Shown here: positions 45,727-53,515 of the stretch, piece after piece
Position numbering within the stretch: position 1 is the first letter of the stretch
Layout: each line of letters starts with the position of its first letter
NCBI GenBank assembly: GCA_019639155.1
Contig: JAHBSJ010000007.1
Span: 173,429 to 237,428 of the forward strand
Reading direction: 5' to 3'
From: Acidobacteriota bacterium
GTDB taxonomy: Bacteria > Acidobacteriota > Blastocatellia > Pyrinomonadales > Pyrinomonadaceae
Length of the DNA: 64,000 bases
Made by a program: the position numbers and the translations under genes
Notes under the pieces: generated by a model
Database searches by the model: none
The model's input: the letters and a program-made list of their open reading frames with translations, nothing else
What the model was told of the DNA's origin: nothing

Positions 45727-46575
45727 ATGGCATTGAATTTTGTACCGACAGTATGGGCCTCGCGGCTGCTGACCGCGCTTTCGGCGGCGCTGGTTTACGG
45801 CCAGCGTGCGGTCGCGAACCGCGATTATGAGGGCGAGATACGCGCCGCGGGCAACACCGTAAAGATCGCCTCCGTGGGCGACGTTTCGATCGGCGAATAC
45901 ACAAAGGATGAGGACATCGACGATCCCGAGGTTCTGACCGACGACGCGCAGACGCTCTCGATCGATCAGCAGCGGTACTTTAATTTTTACGTGGACAGCA
46001 TCGACCGCGCACAGCAGAATGTGAACGTGCTGGACGAAGCGATGCGGCGTTCGGCGTGGGCACTGCGCGATGTGGCGGACCGCTTTCTCGCGGATCTGAT
46101 GGAGCAGGCAGTGCCCAACGGCAACAAGATCGGCTCGAACACGACGCCGATCGTCCCGACAAAGGACGACGCCTACGAATACCTGGTCGATCTCGGCGTC
46201 AAGCTGGACGAAGCGAACGTGCCGATAGAAGGGCGTTTCGTCATCGTGCCGGCTTGGTTTCACGGACTGCTGCTCAAGGACGAGCGGTTTATCAGAACCG
46301 GAGCCGCGGGCGACCGGCGTCTGCGGAACGGCGAGGTCGGCGAGGCGGCAGGTTTTTCCATCCTGAAATCGAACAACGTTCCCGCCATCTCCGGCGCTAA
46401 ATACAAGATACTCGCCGGCCACGCGATGGCGACCGCGTATGTCGAGCAGATACTCGACGTGCAAACGTACAAGCCCGAAAAACGTTTCGGCGATGCCGTC
46501 AAAGGGCTGCACGTTTACGGTGCTAAGGTCGTGCGGCCCTCGGCGCTGGCGTGCCTCGTTGCGAGCAAGAGCTGA
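45727..46575 (+). CDS. Phage major capsid protein (P22-coat-like / HK97-fold family)
   Basis: 282 aa. The segment MALNFVPTVWASRLLTALSAALVYGQRAVANRDYEGEIRAAGNTVKI matches the conserved N-terminus of this capsid family as I remember it. Confidence 0.75.
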   Translation: MALNFVPTVWASRLLTALSAALVYGQRAVANRDYEGEIRAAGNTVKIASVGDVSIGEYTKDEDIDDPEVLTDDAQTLSIDQQRYFNFYVDSIDRAQQNVNVLDEAMRRSAWALRDVADRFLADLMEQAVPNGNKIGSNTTPIVPTKDDAYEYLVDLGVKLDEANVPIEGRFVIVPAWFHGLLLKDERFIRTGAAGDRRLRNGEVGEAAGFSILKSNNVPAISGAKYKILAGHAMATAYVEQILDVQTYKPEKRFGDAVKGLHVYGAKVVRPSALACLVASKS

Positions 46576-46587
46576 CCTTGACGAACA

Positions 46588-46911
46588 ATGACAAAACTTG
46601 ACGAACTGAAATTGCTGACCGCGTGGGACGTGGAGCCCACGCTCACCGAAGAGGAACTGGAAGATCTGCTCGGCACGGCGTCGAAACAGGACGCCGCGGG
46701 GCTCGTTCCCGGCGACGATGAATGGGAGCCGACCTACGACCTGAACCGCGCCGCCGCACGCGTTTGGCTGGTAAAAGCAGCCCGTGCTTCTGCGACCGTC
46801 GAGGCCGCTTCGGAAGACACCGGAACGGCAACCTCTCGCGTTTTTCAGAACTGCCTCGCAATGGCGCGGCTGTTTTCTGCCAAACGTTCAGGAACGGTGT
46901 TTACGGGCTGA
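46588..46911 (+). CDS. Phage hypothetical protein (head-associated position)
   Basis: 107 aa. It follows the capsid gene, and the motif WEPTYDLNRAAARVWLVKA is of a type recurrent after capsid genes. Confidence 0.5.
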   Translation: MTKLDELKLLTAWDVEPTLTEEELEDLLGTASKQDAAGLVPGDDEWEPTYDLNRAAARVWLVKAARASATVEAASEDTGTATSRVFQNCLAMARLFSAKRSGTVFTG

Positions 46912-46937
46912 GAACTGGCAAAAAGTCAATAATGCTA

Positions 46938-46980
46938 GCCGCAAAGTGCTGTGTTTGCAGTGCTTTGCGGCATTTTTCTT
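46938..46980 (+). terminator. Rho-independent terminator closing the phage-like block
   Basis: The stem is gccgcaaagtgctg / cagtgctttgcggc (9-bp perfect base plus extension), followed by atttttctt. Confidence 0.65.
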
Positions 46981-47053
46981 ATTGGCAATGATATGTACAC
47001 GCCATCGACACATCTCGCGGATATGTCGATAAAATGCGAAAATATCGACATAA

Positions 47054-48472
47054 ATGAGCGACGTAATAAATGTCATCGGCGGCGGTTTGGCGGGTGTTGA
47101 GGCGGCGTGGCAGGCGGCGAATTTGGGTGCGCGTGTGCGGCTTTATGAGATGCGCCCCGTAATGCAGACGCCTGCGCATCGTACGGATCAGTTGGCGGAG
47201 ATCGTCTGTTCGAATTCGCTGAAAACCGACGAACCGGGCACGGCGCCTTATCTATTAAAGGAAGAACTTCGCCGCGGCGGTTCACTTGTGATGGAGGCTG
47301 CCGCCGCCACGCGCGTGCCTGCCGGAGCGGCGTTGTCGGTCGATCGCGTCAAATTCGCCGAGTACATAACTGAAAAAATAGAACAGCATCCGAATATCGA
47401 GGTCGTGCGAGAGGAGGTCAAGTCGATTGCGGACTGCGGAATGCGGATCGCGGAACATTCGGCAGATAACGCAAGCACCAACTCTGACGAGGCTGACCTT
47501 AAAAGATCCGCGATCCGCAATCCGACCTCCGCAATCCCGACGATCATCGCAACAGGGCCGCTGACAAGCGACGCGTTGACGGCCGAGATAATGAAATTCA
47601 CCGGCGACGATCAGCTCTATTTTTACGACGCCATCGCGCCGATCATCGCGGCGGACAGCATCGATATGTCGATCGCGTGGAAAGCGGCGCGTTATGACAA
47701 AGGCGGTGCCGATTACATTAACTGCCCGATGGACCGCGAGCAATACGAGCGTTTCATCGCTGAGTTATTGGAAGCAAAGTCCGTCCCGCTCAAGCGTTTC
47801 GAGGAGACGCATTGGTTCGAGAGCTGTCTGCCGATCGAAGAGATCGCACGCCGCGGTCCCGAGACGCTGCGGTTCGGCCCGATGAAGCCGAAGGGTTTGC
47901 GTCATCCGAAAACCGGCGAAGAACCATACGCCTGCGTTCAGCTAAGGCAGGAAAATCTGATGGCGGACGCCTACGGCATGGTCGGTTTTCAGAACCATCT
48001 TCGCTACGGCGAACAGGAACGCATATTGAAAATGATACCGGGCTTGGAGAATGCCGAGTTCCTGCAATTCGGCCAGATACATCGCAATACGTTCATCAAC
48101 AGCCCGAAAATATTGAATGAAACGCTCGCGACAAAAACGGATCCGAATCTGTTTTTCGCCGGCCAGATAACCGGCGTCGAAGGCTATGTCGAATCCGTCG
48201 CCACCGGCTGGCTCGCCGGCATCAACGCCGTCCGCACACTTCGCGGCGAACCGCTCATCACCGCTCCCCAAACCTCCGCCATCGGTGCTCTGTGCCGCTA
48301 TGTTTCGAACGTCGAGACCAAAAATTTCCAACCCGTCAACATCACATTCGGCCTGCTCGAACCTCTCCCGCCCGAATTGCGCAAAAAATACCGCCGCAAA
48401 CGCGAACGCCACGCCGTCCAGGTCGAGCGGGCATTGAAAGATTGGGACGAGTGGTTGGCGAATTTGAAATGA
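47054..48472 (+). CDS. trmFO: Methylenetetrahydrofolate--tRNA-(uracil54-C5)-methyltransferase TrmFO
   Basis: 472 aa. The FAD-binding N-terminus is VIGGGLAGVEAAWQAA, followed by ELVCSNSLK-type EIVCSNSLK and GQITGVEGYVES. Confidence 0.95.
   Translation: MSDVINVIGGGLAGVEAAWQAANLGARVRLYEMRPVMQTPAHRTDQLAEIVCSNSLKTDEPGTAPYLLKEELRRGGSLVMEAAAATRVPAGAALSVDRVKFAEYITEKIEQHPNIEVVREEVKSIADCGMRIAEHSADNASTNSDEADLKRSAIRNPTSAIPTIIATGPLTSDALTAEIMKFTGDDQLYFYDAIAPIIAADSIDMSIAWKAARYDKGGADYINCPMDREQYERFIAELLEAKSVPLKRFEETHWFESCLPIEEIARRGPETLRFGPMKPKGLRHPKTGEEPYACVQLRQENLMADAYGMVGFQNHLRYGEQERILKMIPGLENAEFLQFGQIHRNTFINSPKILNETLATKTDPNLFFAGQITGVEGYVESVATGWLAGINAVRTLRGEPLITAPQTSAIGALCRYVSNVETKNFQPVNITFGLLEPLPPELRKKYRRKRERHAVQVERALKDWDEWLANLK
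47425..47536. repeat. Imperfect 30-bp inverted repeat (26/30) with a 52-nt spacer, embedded in the trmFO coding sequence
   Basis: The left arm is gattgcggactgcggaatgcggatcgcgga (47425-47454). The right arm is tccgcgatccgcaatccgacctccgcaatc (47507-47536). The region translates as IADCGMRIAE...RSAIRNPTSAI. Confidence 0.8.
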
Positions 48473-48485
48473 TAATGCCGTTATT

Positions 48486-48652
48486 GCGAGGCAACCCGGT
48501 CCGTTGCCGGTGAAGGGTTTATATTGCCGTTGCCTTTAGGCAACGGACCGGGTTGCCCAATAACCATTCCGGGCTTTAGCCCAAAGGATCTTGGGGCTGA
48601 AGCCCGGGCTCCTTTTCGTTGCCGTTGACCGTTGCCTAAAGGCAACGGCAAT
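48486..48652. repeat. REP-like hairpin cluster downstream of trmFO
   Basis: ggcaacccggtccgttgcc (48490-48508) is the exact reverse complement of 48538-48556. Hairpins are ccgttgcctttaggcaacgg (48527-48546) and ccgttgcctaaaggcaacgg (48629-48648). Small hairpins gggctttagccc and gggctgaagccc are also present. Confidence 0.8.
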
Positions 48653-48758
48653 TTCTAAGAAAGCCGGAAACGGCACTAAAGTTCGATCGAGTGATCACGT
48701 GCATTGGTAGACGATTCGATCGACTTACCTTAATATCTGGTTTATGTGATCTGTATTA

Positions 48759-48818
48759 ATGCCGGCGCCTTTAGGGAACGGACCAAGTTCCCGGAATAAT
48801 TTTCGGGCTTTATCCCGA
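48759..48818. repeat. Degenerate REP pair immediately upstream of the RAYT gene
   Basis: gccggcgcctttagggaacggaccaagttcccgg is a decayed copy of 48526-48558. It is followed by tcgggctttatcccga. Confidence 0.6.
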
Positions 48819-48827
48819 AATATTTCT

Positions 48828-49256
48828 ATGTCATACGTCAGGATATGGGTTCATGTTGTTTTTAGCACTCGAAACCACGAGCAGTATTTTTCCGCGGAAA
48901 TACGATCAAAACTCTTCGCCCATATTCGAGACAATTGTCGGGAGAAAGGAATCTTCTTGGACTCGATCGGCGGCTGGTCGGATCACGTTCATCTGCTCAT
49001 CTCGCTTGGGAAAGAGCAAAATATCGCGAAGTTGATGATGCTCATCAAGGGCGAATCGGCACATTGGCTGAACAAACAGTTGTTTTTCAAAGGAAAGTTT
49101 TATTGGCAAGACGACTATTTCGCGATCTCCGTTTCGGAATCGCAGGTGGAAAAGGTACGAGCATACATCAATGATCAAGAAGTGCATCACCGGGCCGTAC
49201 CCTTTGAACGAGAGTTCGAAAAGCTCGTGGGAATCTTTGACGCAAGATCGGGCTAA
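48828..49256 (+). CDS. REP-associated tyrosine transposase (RAYT; IS200/IS605 Y1 HUH family)
   Basis: The start is at ATG 48828. The HUH motif is in WSDHVHLLISL. The catalytic Tyr region is VRAYINDQEVHH. The gene is flanked by REP hairpins. Confidence 0.85.
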   Translation: MSYVRIWVHVVFSTRNHEQYFSAEIRSKLFAHIRDNCREKGIFLDSIGGWSDHVHLLISLGKEQNIAKLMMLIKGESAHWLNKQLFFKGKFYWQDDYFAISVSESQVEKVRAYINDQEVHHRAVPFEREFEKLVGIFDARSG

Positions 49257-49307
49257 AGCCCGGATCATCATTTTCGGCATGTACCGTTGCCTAAAGGCAA
49301 CGGCAAT
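49248..49307. repeat. REP pair immediately downstream of the RAYT gene
   Basis: The palindrome is atcgggctaaagcccggat. ccgttgcctaaaggcaacggcaat (49284-49307) is identical to the 24-mer at 48629-48652. Confidence 0.8.
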
Positions 49308-49328
49308 GATCAGAGAAAAAGGAACACT

Positions 49329-49904
49329 ATGACAACAATCGTCGCTGTAAAGAAAAATGGTGTGGCTGCTATCGCTGCAGACACTCTCACTTCATGGGGC
49401 ACGCTGACCGAATCGTCACGACACATAGTAAACCATCACAAAATATTCAGATATGCCGACAGCTATATCGGCATTACCGGATCGTCGGCATTCAAGGTCA
49501 TCTTCGAACACTGGCTGTCGCGCGAGGAACGGCGATTCACCCTTGACAGCGTCGACACGATCTTCGACACTTGGCTGGAATTTCACCATCAATTAAAGGC
49601 AGGTTATTATCTGCGCGAAATTGAGCGGGAAGATGATCAATTCGAATCGAGCAGGGTCAATATATTGATAGCAAACCCGTACGGCATCTTCGCGGTGACA
49701 TCCCTTCGGGCTGTTATTGAATACGATACATTTACGACATTTGGGAGCGGATCTGAGGTCGCGCTCGGCGCAATGGCGGCGCTTTATGACCAGCCCGAAC
49801 AAACCGCGGTATCCGTCGCTCAAAGAGCCATCGAAATTTCTGCCGAGTTTGACGACGGAACGGCTCTACCGATGCATTGCTATACCGTGGATCTGAAAAA
49901 ATGA
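49329..49904 (+). CDS. Orphan HslV / proteasome-beta-like Ntn hydrolase
   Basis: The start at ATG 49329 gives MTTIVAVKKNGVAAIAAD, so Thr follows the initiator Met as in HslV. The conserved GSGS motif is present (TFGSGSEVALGAMAAL). No hslU gene is adjacent. Confidence 0.65.
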   Translation: MTTIVAVKKNGVAAIAADTLTSWGTLTESSRHIVNHHKIFRYADSYIGITGSSAFKVIFEHWLSREERRFTLDSVDTIFDTWLEFHHQLKAGYYLREIEREDDQFESSRVNILIANPYGIFAVTSLRAVIEYDTFTTFGSGSEVALGAMAALYDQPEQTAVSVAQRAIEISAEFDDGTALPMHCYTVDLKK

Positions 49905-49930
49905 CGCATCGCAGGATGCTGATCTAAGCG

Positions 49931-50662
49931 ATGGAAGCCATAACGATCGCAATTATCGCAGCGGTTTTCGTCGTCGCCGTCTTATATTCATCGGTCGGGC
50001 ATGGCGGGGCGTCGGGGTATTTGGCGGTGATGGCGTTTTTGGCGGTGGCTCCGGGCGTCACGCGGCCGACGGCGTTGATATTGAACGTCCTTGTTTCCAC
50101 GATCGCTCTAATACAATTTTCACGCCGCGGGCATTTCTCTTGGCGGCTGTTTTGGCCGTTTGCTGCTGCGTCGATACCGCTGGCATACATCGGCGGGCGG
50201 ATCGATCTGCCGACTGACGTTTACAAAGCGGTGCTTGGCGTGGTGCTCTTGCTGACCGCCATTAGGCTTTCGCTGAATATAAAGACCGACGGCGAGACCA
50301 AGCCGCCGAATCTCGCCGCGGCTCTGGCGTTGGGTGCTGCGATCGGGCTTGTTTCGGGGCTGGTCGGCGTGGGCGGCGGGATATTTTTGACGCCGGTTCT
50401 GCTGCTGATGCGGTGGTCCGAAGCTCGCGTCGCGGCCGGCGTTTCGGCGTTGTTCATATTGGTAAATTCGGCCGCCGGGCTCGCGGGCGCATATGAAAAG
50501 GCCATCCAATTGCCGGCGTATGTCCTGCCGTGGCTCGCGGCGGCTGTCGTCGGCGGACTGATCGGTTCGACGCTGGGAGCGAAAAAGTTTGATACGCTAA
50601 CACTTCGGCGGGTTTTGGCCATGGTGCTTGTTGTTGCCGGTCTAAAACTCATCTTTGTCTAG
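49931..50662 (+). CDS. TauE/SafE-family sulfite/anion exporter
   Basis: 243 aa and polytopic, with the paired motifs GHGGASGY and GVGGGIFLTP. Confidence 0.9.
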   Translation: MEAITIAIIAAVFVVAVLYSSVGHGGASGYLAVMAFLAVAPGVTRPTALILNVLVSTIALIQFSRRGHFSWRLFWPFAAASIPLAYIGGRIDLPTDVYKAVLGVVLLLTAIRLSLNIKTDGETKPPNLAAALALGAAIGLVSGLVGVGGGIFLTPVLLLMRWSEARVAAGVSALFILVNSAAGLAGAYEKAIQLPAYVLPWLAAAVVGGLIGSTLGAKKFDTLTLRRVLAMVLVVAGLKLIFV

Positions 50663-50700
50663 GCAAATTTTTCGCCGCAGCCGTAATCAAACCCTACGAA

Positions 50701-51765
50701 GTGTCGTTGCGTTCGATATTTTTGTGTTTCGTGTTTTTCGTGTGTTTCACGGGAAATTCTTTCGCGCAATCCGGCCGCACAAAGCCTACGCCGACACCCA
50801 CGCCGAATTCCATCAGCGGCCCGTCAGCAAATTCAACACCGCGTCCGACGCCTGTTCCTACTCCTCTGCCGGCCGCGACGCCAAAACCCGATGACGACGT
50901 CATCCGCGTTCGGAGCGTGCTGGTGCCGATACCGATGATCGCGATCGACCCTCGCGGGCGTGCCGTGACGACGCTGAAAGCAAGCGACCTGGAGCTCCGC
51001 ATCGACGGCAAAGTTGAGGAGATCGACGGCCTGGAACGCAGCGAGACGCCGCTGCGGCTGGTGATGCTGTTCGACAATTCGTCGAGCGTGTCATTCGTGC
51101 GTGAATTTGAGATAGCCGCGGCCGTTAGGTTTTTTCGACGCGTTATTCGTCCCGACCGTGATATGGCCGCGTTGTTTTCCGTGTCCGATACGATCAGCCT
51201 TGAACAGCCCTTCACACGCGACGTCGGCGAGATTGTGCGAACAATCGAATCATTCCCGAAACCGCAGGGAGCGACCGCGTTGTTTGACGGCATCGTGCGT
51301 GCGGCGACGTATCTTCGCGGCGCGGACGGTCGCCGCGTGATCGTCATCGTGTCGGACGGCGAGGACACTTACAGCGACACACGGACGACGCTCGAAAGTG
51401 TTGTCCGTGCGCTGCAGGAGAACGATTGCCAGGTCTATGTGGTGAAAACAAAGGAGTTCGAGAATTTCAAGCGAACGGGAGTGCGCGGCGGCAACGCAAA
51501 TATGCGTTCGCTCATAGCCGAACGCCGAATGGCGGAAATTACGTCGCAGACCGGCGGCGCCGTCTATTCGCCGATAGATGAACGCGAGATGGACGACGCT
51601 TTCGAACGCATTTCCGCCGAACTCTCGCAGCAATACATCATCAGCTATTACCCCGACGAAGAAACCGCCGCGGCCGGCACCTACCGCCGTATCGAGGTCG
51701 CCTCGCCCACACGCAAAGACCTGACCATCCGCACGCGAAAAGGGTATTATGTAGCTCGGAAATGA
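50701..51765 (+). CDS. Secreted VWA-domain protein (TIGR03436 VWFA-related acidobacterial type)
   Basis: GTG start, with signal peptide [23 protein letters not shown]. The N-terminal beta domain has [12 protein letters not shown]...[13 protein letters not shown]. The MIDAS-like motif is LFDNSSSV. Confidence 0.85.
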   Translation: MSLRSIFLCFVFFVCFTGNSFAQSGRTKPTPTPTPNSISGPSANSTPRPTPVPTPLPAATPKPDDDVIRVRSVLVPIPMIAIDPRGRAVTTLKASDLELRIDGKVEEIDGLERSETPLRLVMLFDNSSSVSFVREFEIAAAVRFFRRVIRPDRDMAALFSVSDTISLEQPFTRDVGEIVRTIESFPKPQGATALFDGIVRAATYLRGADGRRVIVIVSDGEDTYSDTRTTLESVVRALQENDCQVYVVKTKEFENFKRTGVRGGNANMRSLIAERRMAEITSQTGGAVYSPIDEREMDDAFERISAELSQQYIISYYPDEETAAAGTYRRIEVASPTRKDLTIRTRKGYYVARK

Positions 51766-52670
51766 AGGACTCCATTGCCGAATTCCTCCAGCACCTGAAA
51801 TACGAGCGCAATGTCAGCCCGCACACGCTGCGGAATTACACGAGCGACCTCGGGCAGTTCTCCGATTTTCTTTTTCGCGTCGAAAAACGCGGCGACATTC
51901 GCCCCGAAGACATCGATCACCGTACGATACGCGAATGGATGGCGTCGCTTTACGGCGATCACAAAAAGACATCGATCGCGCGAAAGCTCGCGAGCCTGCG
52001 CACGTTCTTTCAGTTTCTGGTTCGCGAAGGAAAGCTCGACGCAAATCCCGCAAAGATGGTCGCCACGCCGCGTATCGAACGAAAACTGCCGAATCATCTG
52101 TCGATGGAGGACGCCGTGCGATTTGTCGAAACGCCCGACATCACGACCGACCTCGGCCGCCGCGACCGCGCGATACTCGAGTTTTTGTACGCAACGGGAA
52201 TTCGCGTCGGCGAGCTGGTCGGCATCGACCTGAACGACGTTGACCTTCGCGAACGCACGGTCCGCGTTCTGGGCAAACGCAACAAGGAGCGGATCGTGCC
52301 TTTCGGCGAACCGGCACTGCAGGCATTAATGCACTATATGCAGGAAGCACGTCCGGCCTTTATCGCGATGCTGCCCGAAAGCGAACGCAGCGAAAAGGCC
52401 CTTTTCCTGCATCGCCGCGGCGGCCGGCTGACCACGCGAAGCGTCGGCCGTATGATCGACAAATACATCAAACAGTGCGCCGATATTCACGCAATTTCGC
52501 CGCACAGCCTGCGGCATACGTTCGCGACGCATCTGCTCGACAACGGCGCCGACCTACGCGACATACAGGAACTGCTCGGCCACGCACGCCTCTCGTCAAC
52601 GCAGATCTACACGCAGGTTTCGATGGAAAAAATGATCGACGTTTATACAAAAGCACACCCGAAAGCGTGA
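51762..52670 (+). CDS. xerC: Tyrosine site-specific recombinase, XerC/XerD type
   Basis: 302 aa. The N-terminal SAM-like domain has [23 protein letters not shown]. The catalytic residue contexts are [21 protein letters not shown] and [14 protein letters not shown]. The C-versus-D assignment is not certain. Confidence 0.85.
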   Translation: MKDSIAEFLQHLKYERNVSPHTLRNYTSDLGQFSDFLFRVEKRGDIRPEDIDHRTIREWMASLYGDHKKTSIARKLASLRTFFQFLVREGKLDANPAKMVATPRIERKLPNHLSMEDAVRFVETPDITTDLGRRDRAILEFLYATGIRVGELVGIDLNDVDLRERTVRVLGKRNKERIVPFGEPALQALMHYMQEARPAFIAMLPESERSEKALFLHRRGGRLTTRSVGRMIDKYIKQCADIHAISPHSLRHTFATHLLDNGADLRDIQELLGHARLSSTQIYTQVSMEKMIDVYTKAHPKA

Positions 52671-52685
52671 TACTATTTAGCCATT

Positions 52686-52952
52686 ATGGGTCAAAACACG
52701 CTGACCATCGAATATAGCGACGAGGTGCTCCGCCGCACCGGATTGCCAAAGGACAAGTTTGCCTCAGAAGCTCGTCTGCTGCTGGCAGCAAAACTCTACG
52801 AAATGGGGCATTTGAGTTCAGGTGATGCCGCACAAATGGCTGGGCTGGAAAGGGTCGATTTTCTGTTGAATCTCGGTCGTTTTGGTATCCCGATCAGCAA
52901 TTTGCGTGAGAGCGATATCGCGGACGACGTGGACTTTGCTCTGAATGGCTGA
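52686..52952 (+). CDS. UPF0175-family antitoxin
   Basis: 88 aa with LLLAAKLYEMGHLSSGDAAQMAGLERVDFLLNLGRFGI. Confidence 0.75.
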   Translation: MGQNTLTIEYSDEVLRRTGLPKDKFASEARLLLAAKLYEMGHLSSGDAAQMAGLERVDFLLNLGRFGIPISNLRESDIADDVDFALNG

Positions 52953-53445
52953 GTCGATAGTCATCAATACAGGGCCGATCATCTCGCTCGGCAAGGTCGG
53001 CATCTTGCCGCTTGTTGAACAACTTCCATTCGAATTTTTTACAACTGAACAGGTTTCTTCCGAGATCATTTCGGGCGTTCGTGCGGGGCATTCCGTCGAG
53101 ATACCTGATTGGATCGAGGTCAGGTCGCTGACCAAACAGCCGGATGATCACTTGTTCAGCACTCTCGACACCGGCGAAGCGTCTGTGATTCAGCTTGCGG
53201 AAGAGTTGTCCGTCCGCACTGTCTGCATCGACGAAATAAAGGGCCGCCGGAGCGCAGTCGAACGAGGGATTCGCTGCATTGGTTCGCTGGGATTACTGGG
53301 CAGAATGTCGGCGTTGGATCTACTCGACGACCTTGACGAGGTGATCCGACGAATACGAACCAGCGGCGTCTATTATAGCGAGGCCTTGCTCGATGCATTC
53401 ATCCGTGATCTGGAGTTAAAGCGACGTGGGTCTGAGAGGCATTGA
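52945..53445 (+). CDS. DUF3368 PIN-like nuclease (toxin partner of UPF0175)
   Basis: 166 aa with IVINTGPIISLGKVGILPLVEQL. It overlaps the antitoxin stop by 8 nt. Confidence 0.75.
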   Translation: MAESIVINTGPIISLGKVGILPLVEQLPFEFFTTEQVSSEIISGVRAGHSVEIPDWIEVRSLTKQPDDHLFSTLDTGEASVIQLAEELSVRTVCIDEIKGRRSAVERGIRCIGSLGLLGRMSALDLLDDLDEVIRRIRTSGVYYSEALLDAFIRDLELKRRGSERH

Positions 53446-53515
53446 TCAGGTGCTTCTGAATCGATTTTTAGGCTATAATCTCGCTGTCAAAATTCCTTTC
53501 CCTTTGGTGTTCATT

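Larger units (their letters stand above)
41024..46980. mobile_element. Phage-derived block carrying lysis and head-morphogenesis genes only
   Basis: The gene order is lysin, small membrane protein, TerL, portal, scaffold, major capsid, 107-aa protein, terminator. It is flanked by cellular genes (EF-Tu-like/rhodanese on the left, trmFO on the right). Confidence 0.7.

Noticed and set aside
42651-46512. Long minus-strand ORFs (42651-43457, 43993-44991, 45616-46512) opposite the terminase, portal and capsid genes
   Set aside because: They are antisense to a coherent, overlapping plus-strand phage operon with recognisable TerL, portal and MCP motifs.
46981-47053. Repeated tcgaca motifs upstream of trmFO (catcgacacat / atatgtcgat / atatcgacat) as an operator or att site
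   Set aside because: These are short, AT-rich and imperfect. I found no matching copy at the left end of the phage-like block (41.0-41.5 kb), so I cannot support an attL/attR interpretation.
51762-52670. The tyrosine recombinase as the integrase of the phage-like block or of an island
   Set aside because: It lies about 5 kb from the phage block, with trmFO, a REPtron and other cellular genes in between. Its domain signature is Xer-like, and no flanking direct repeats were seen.
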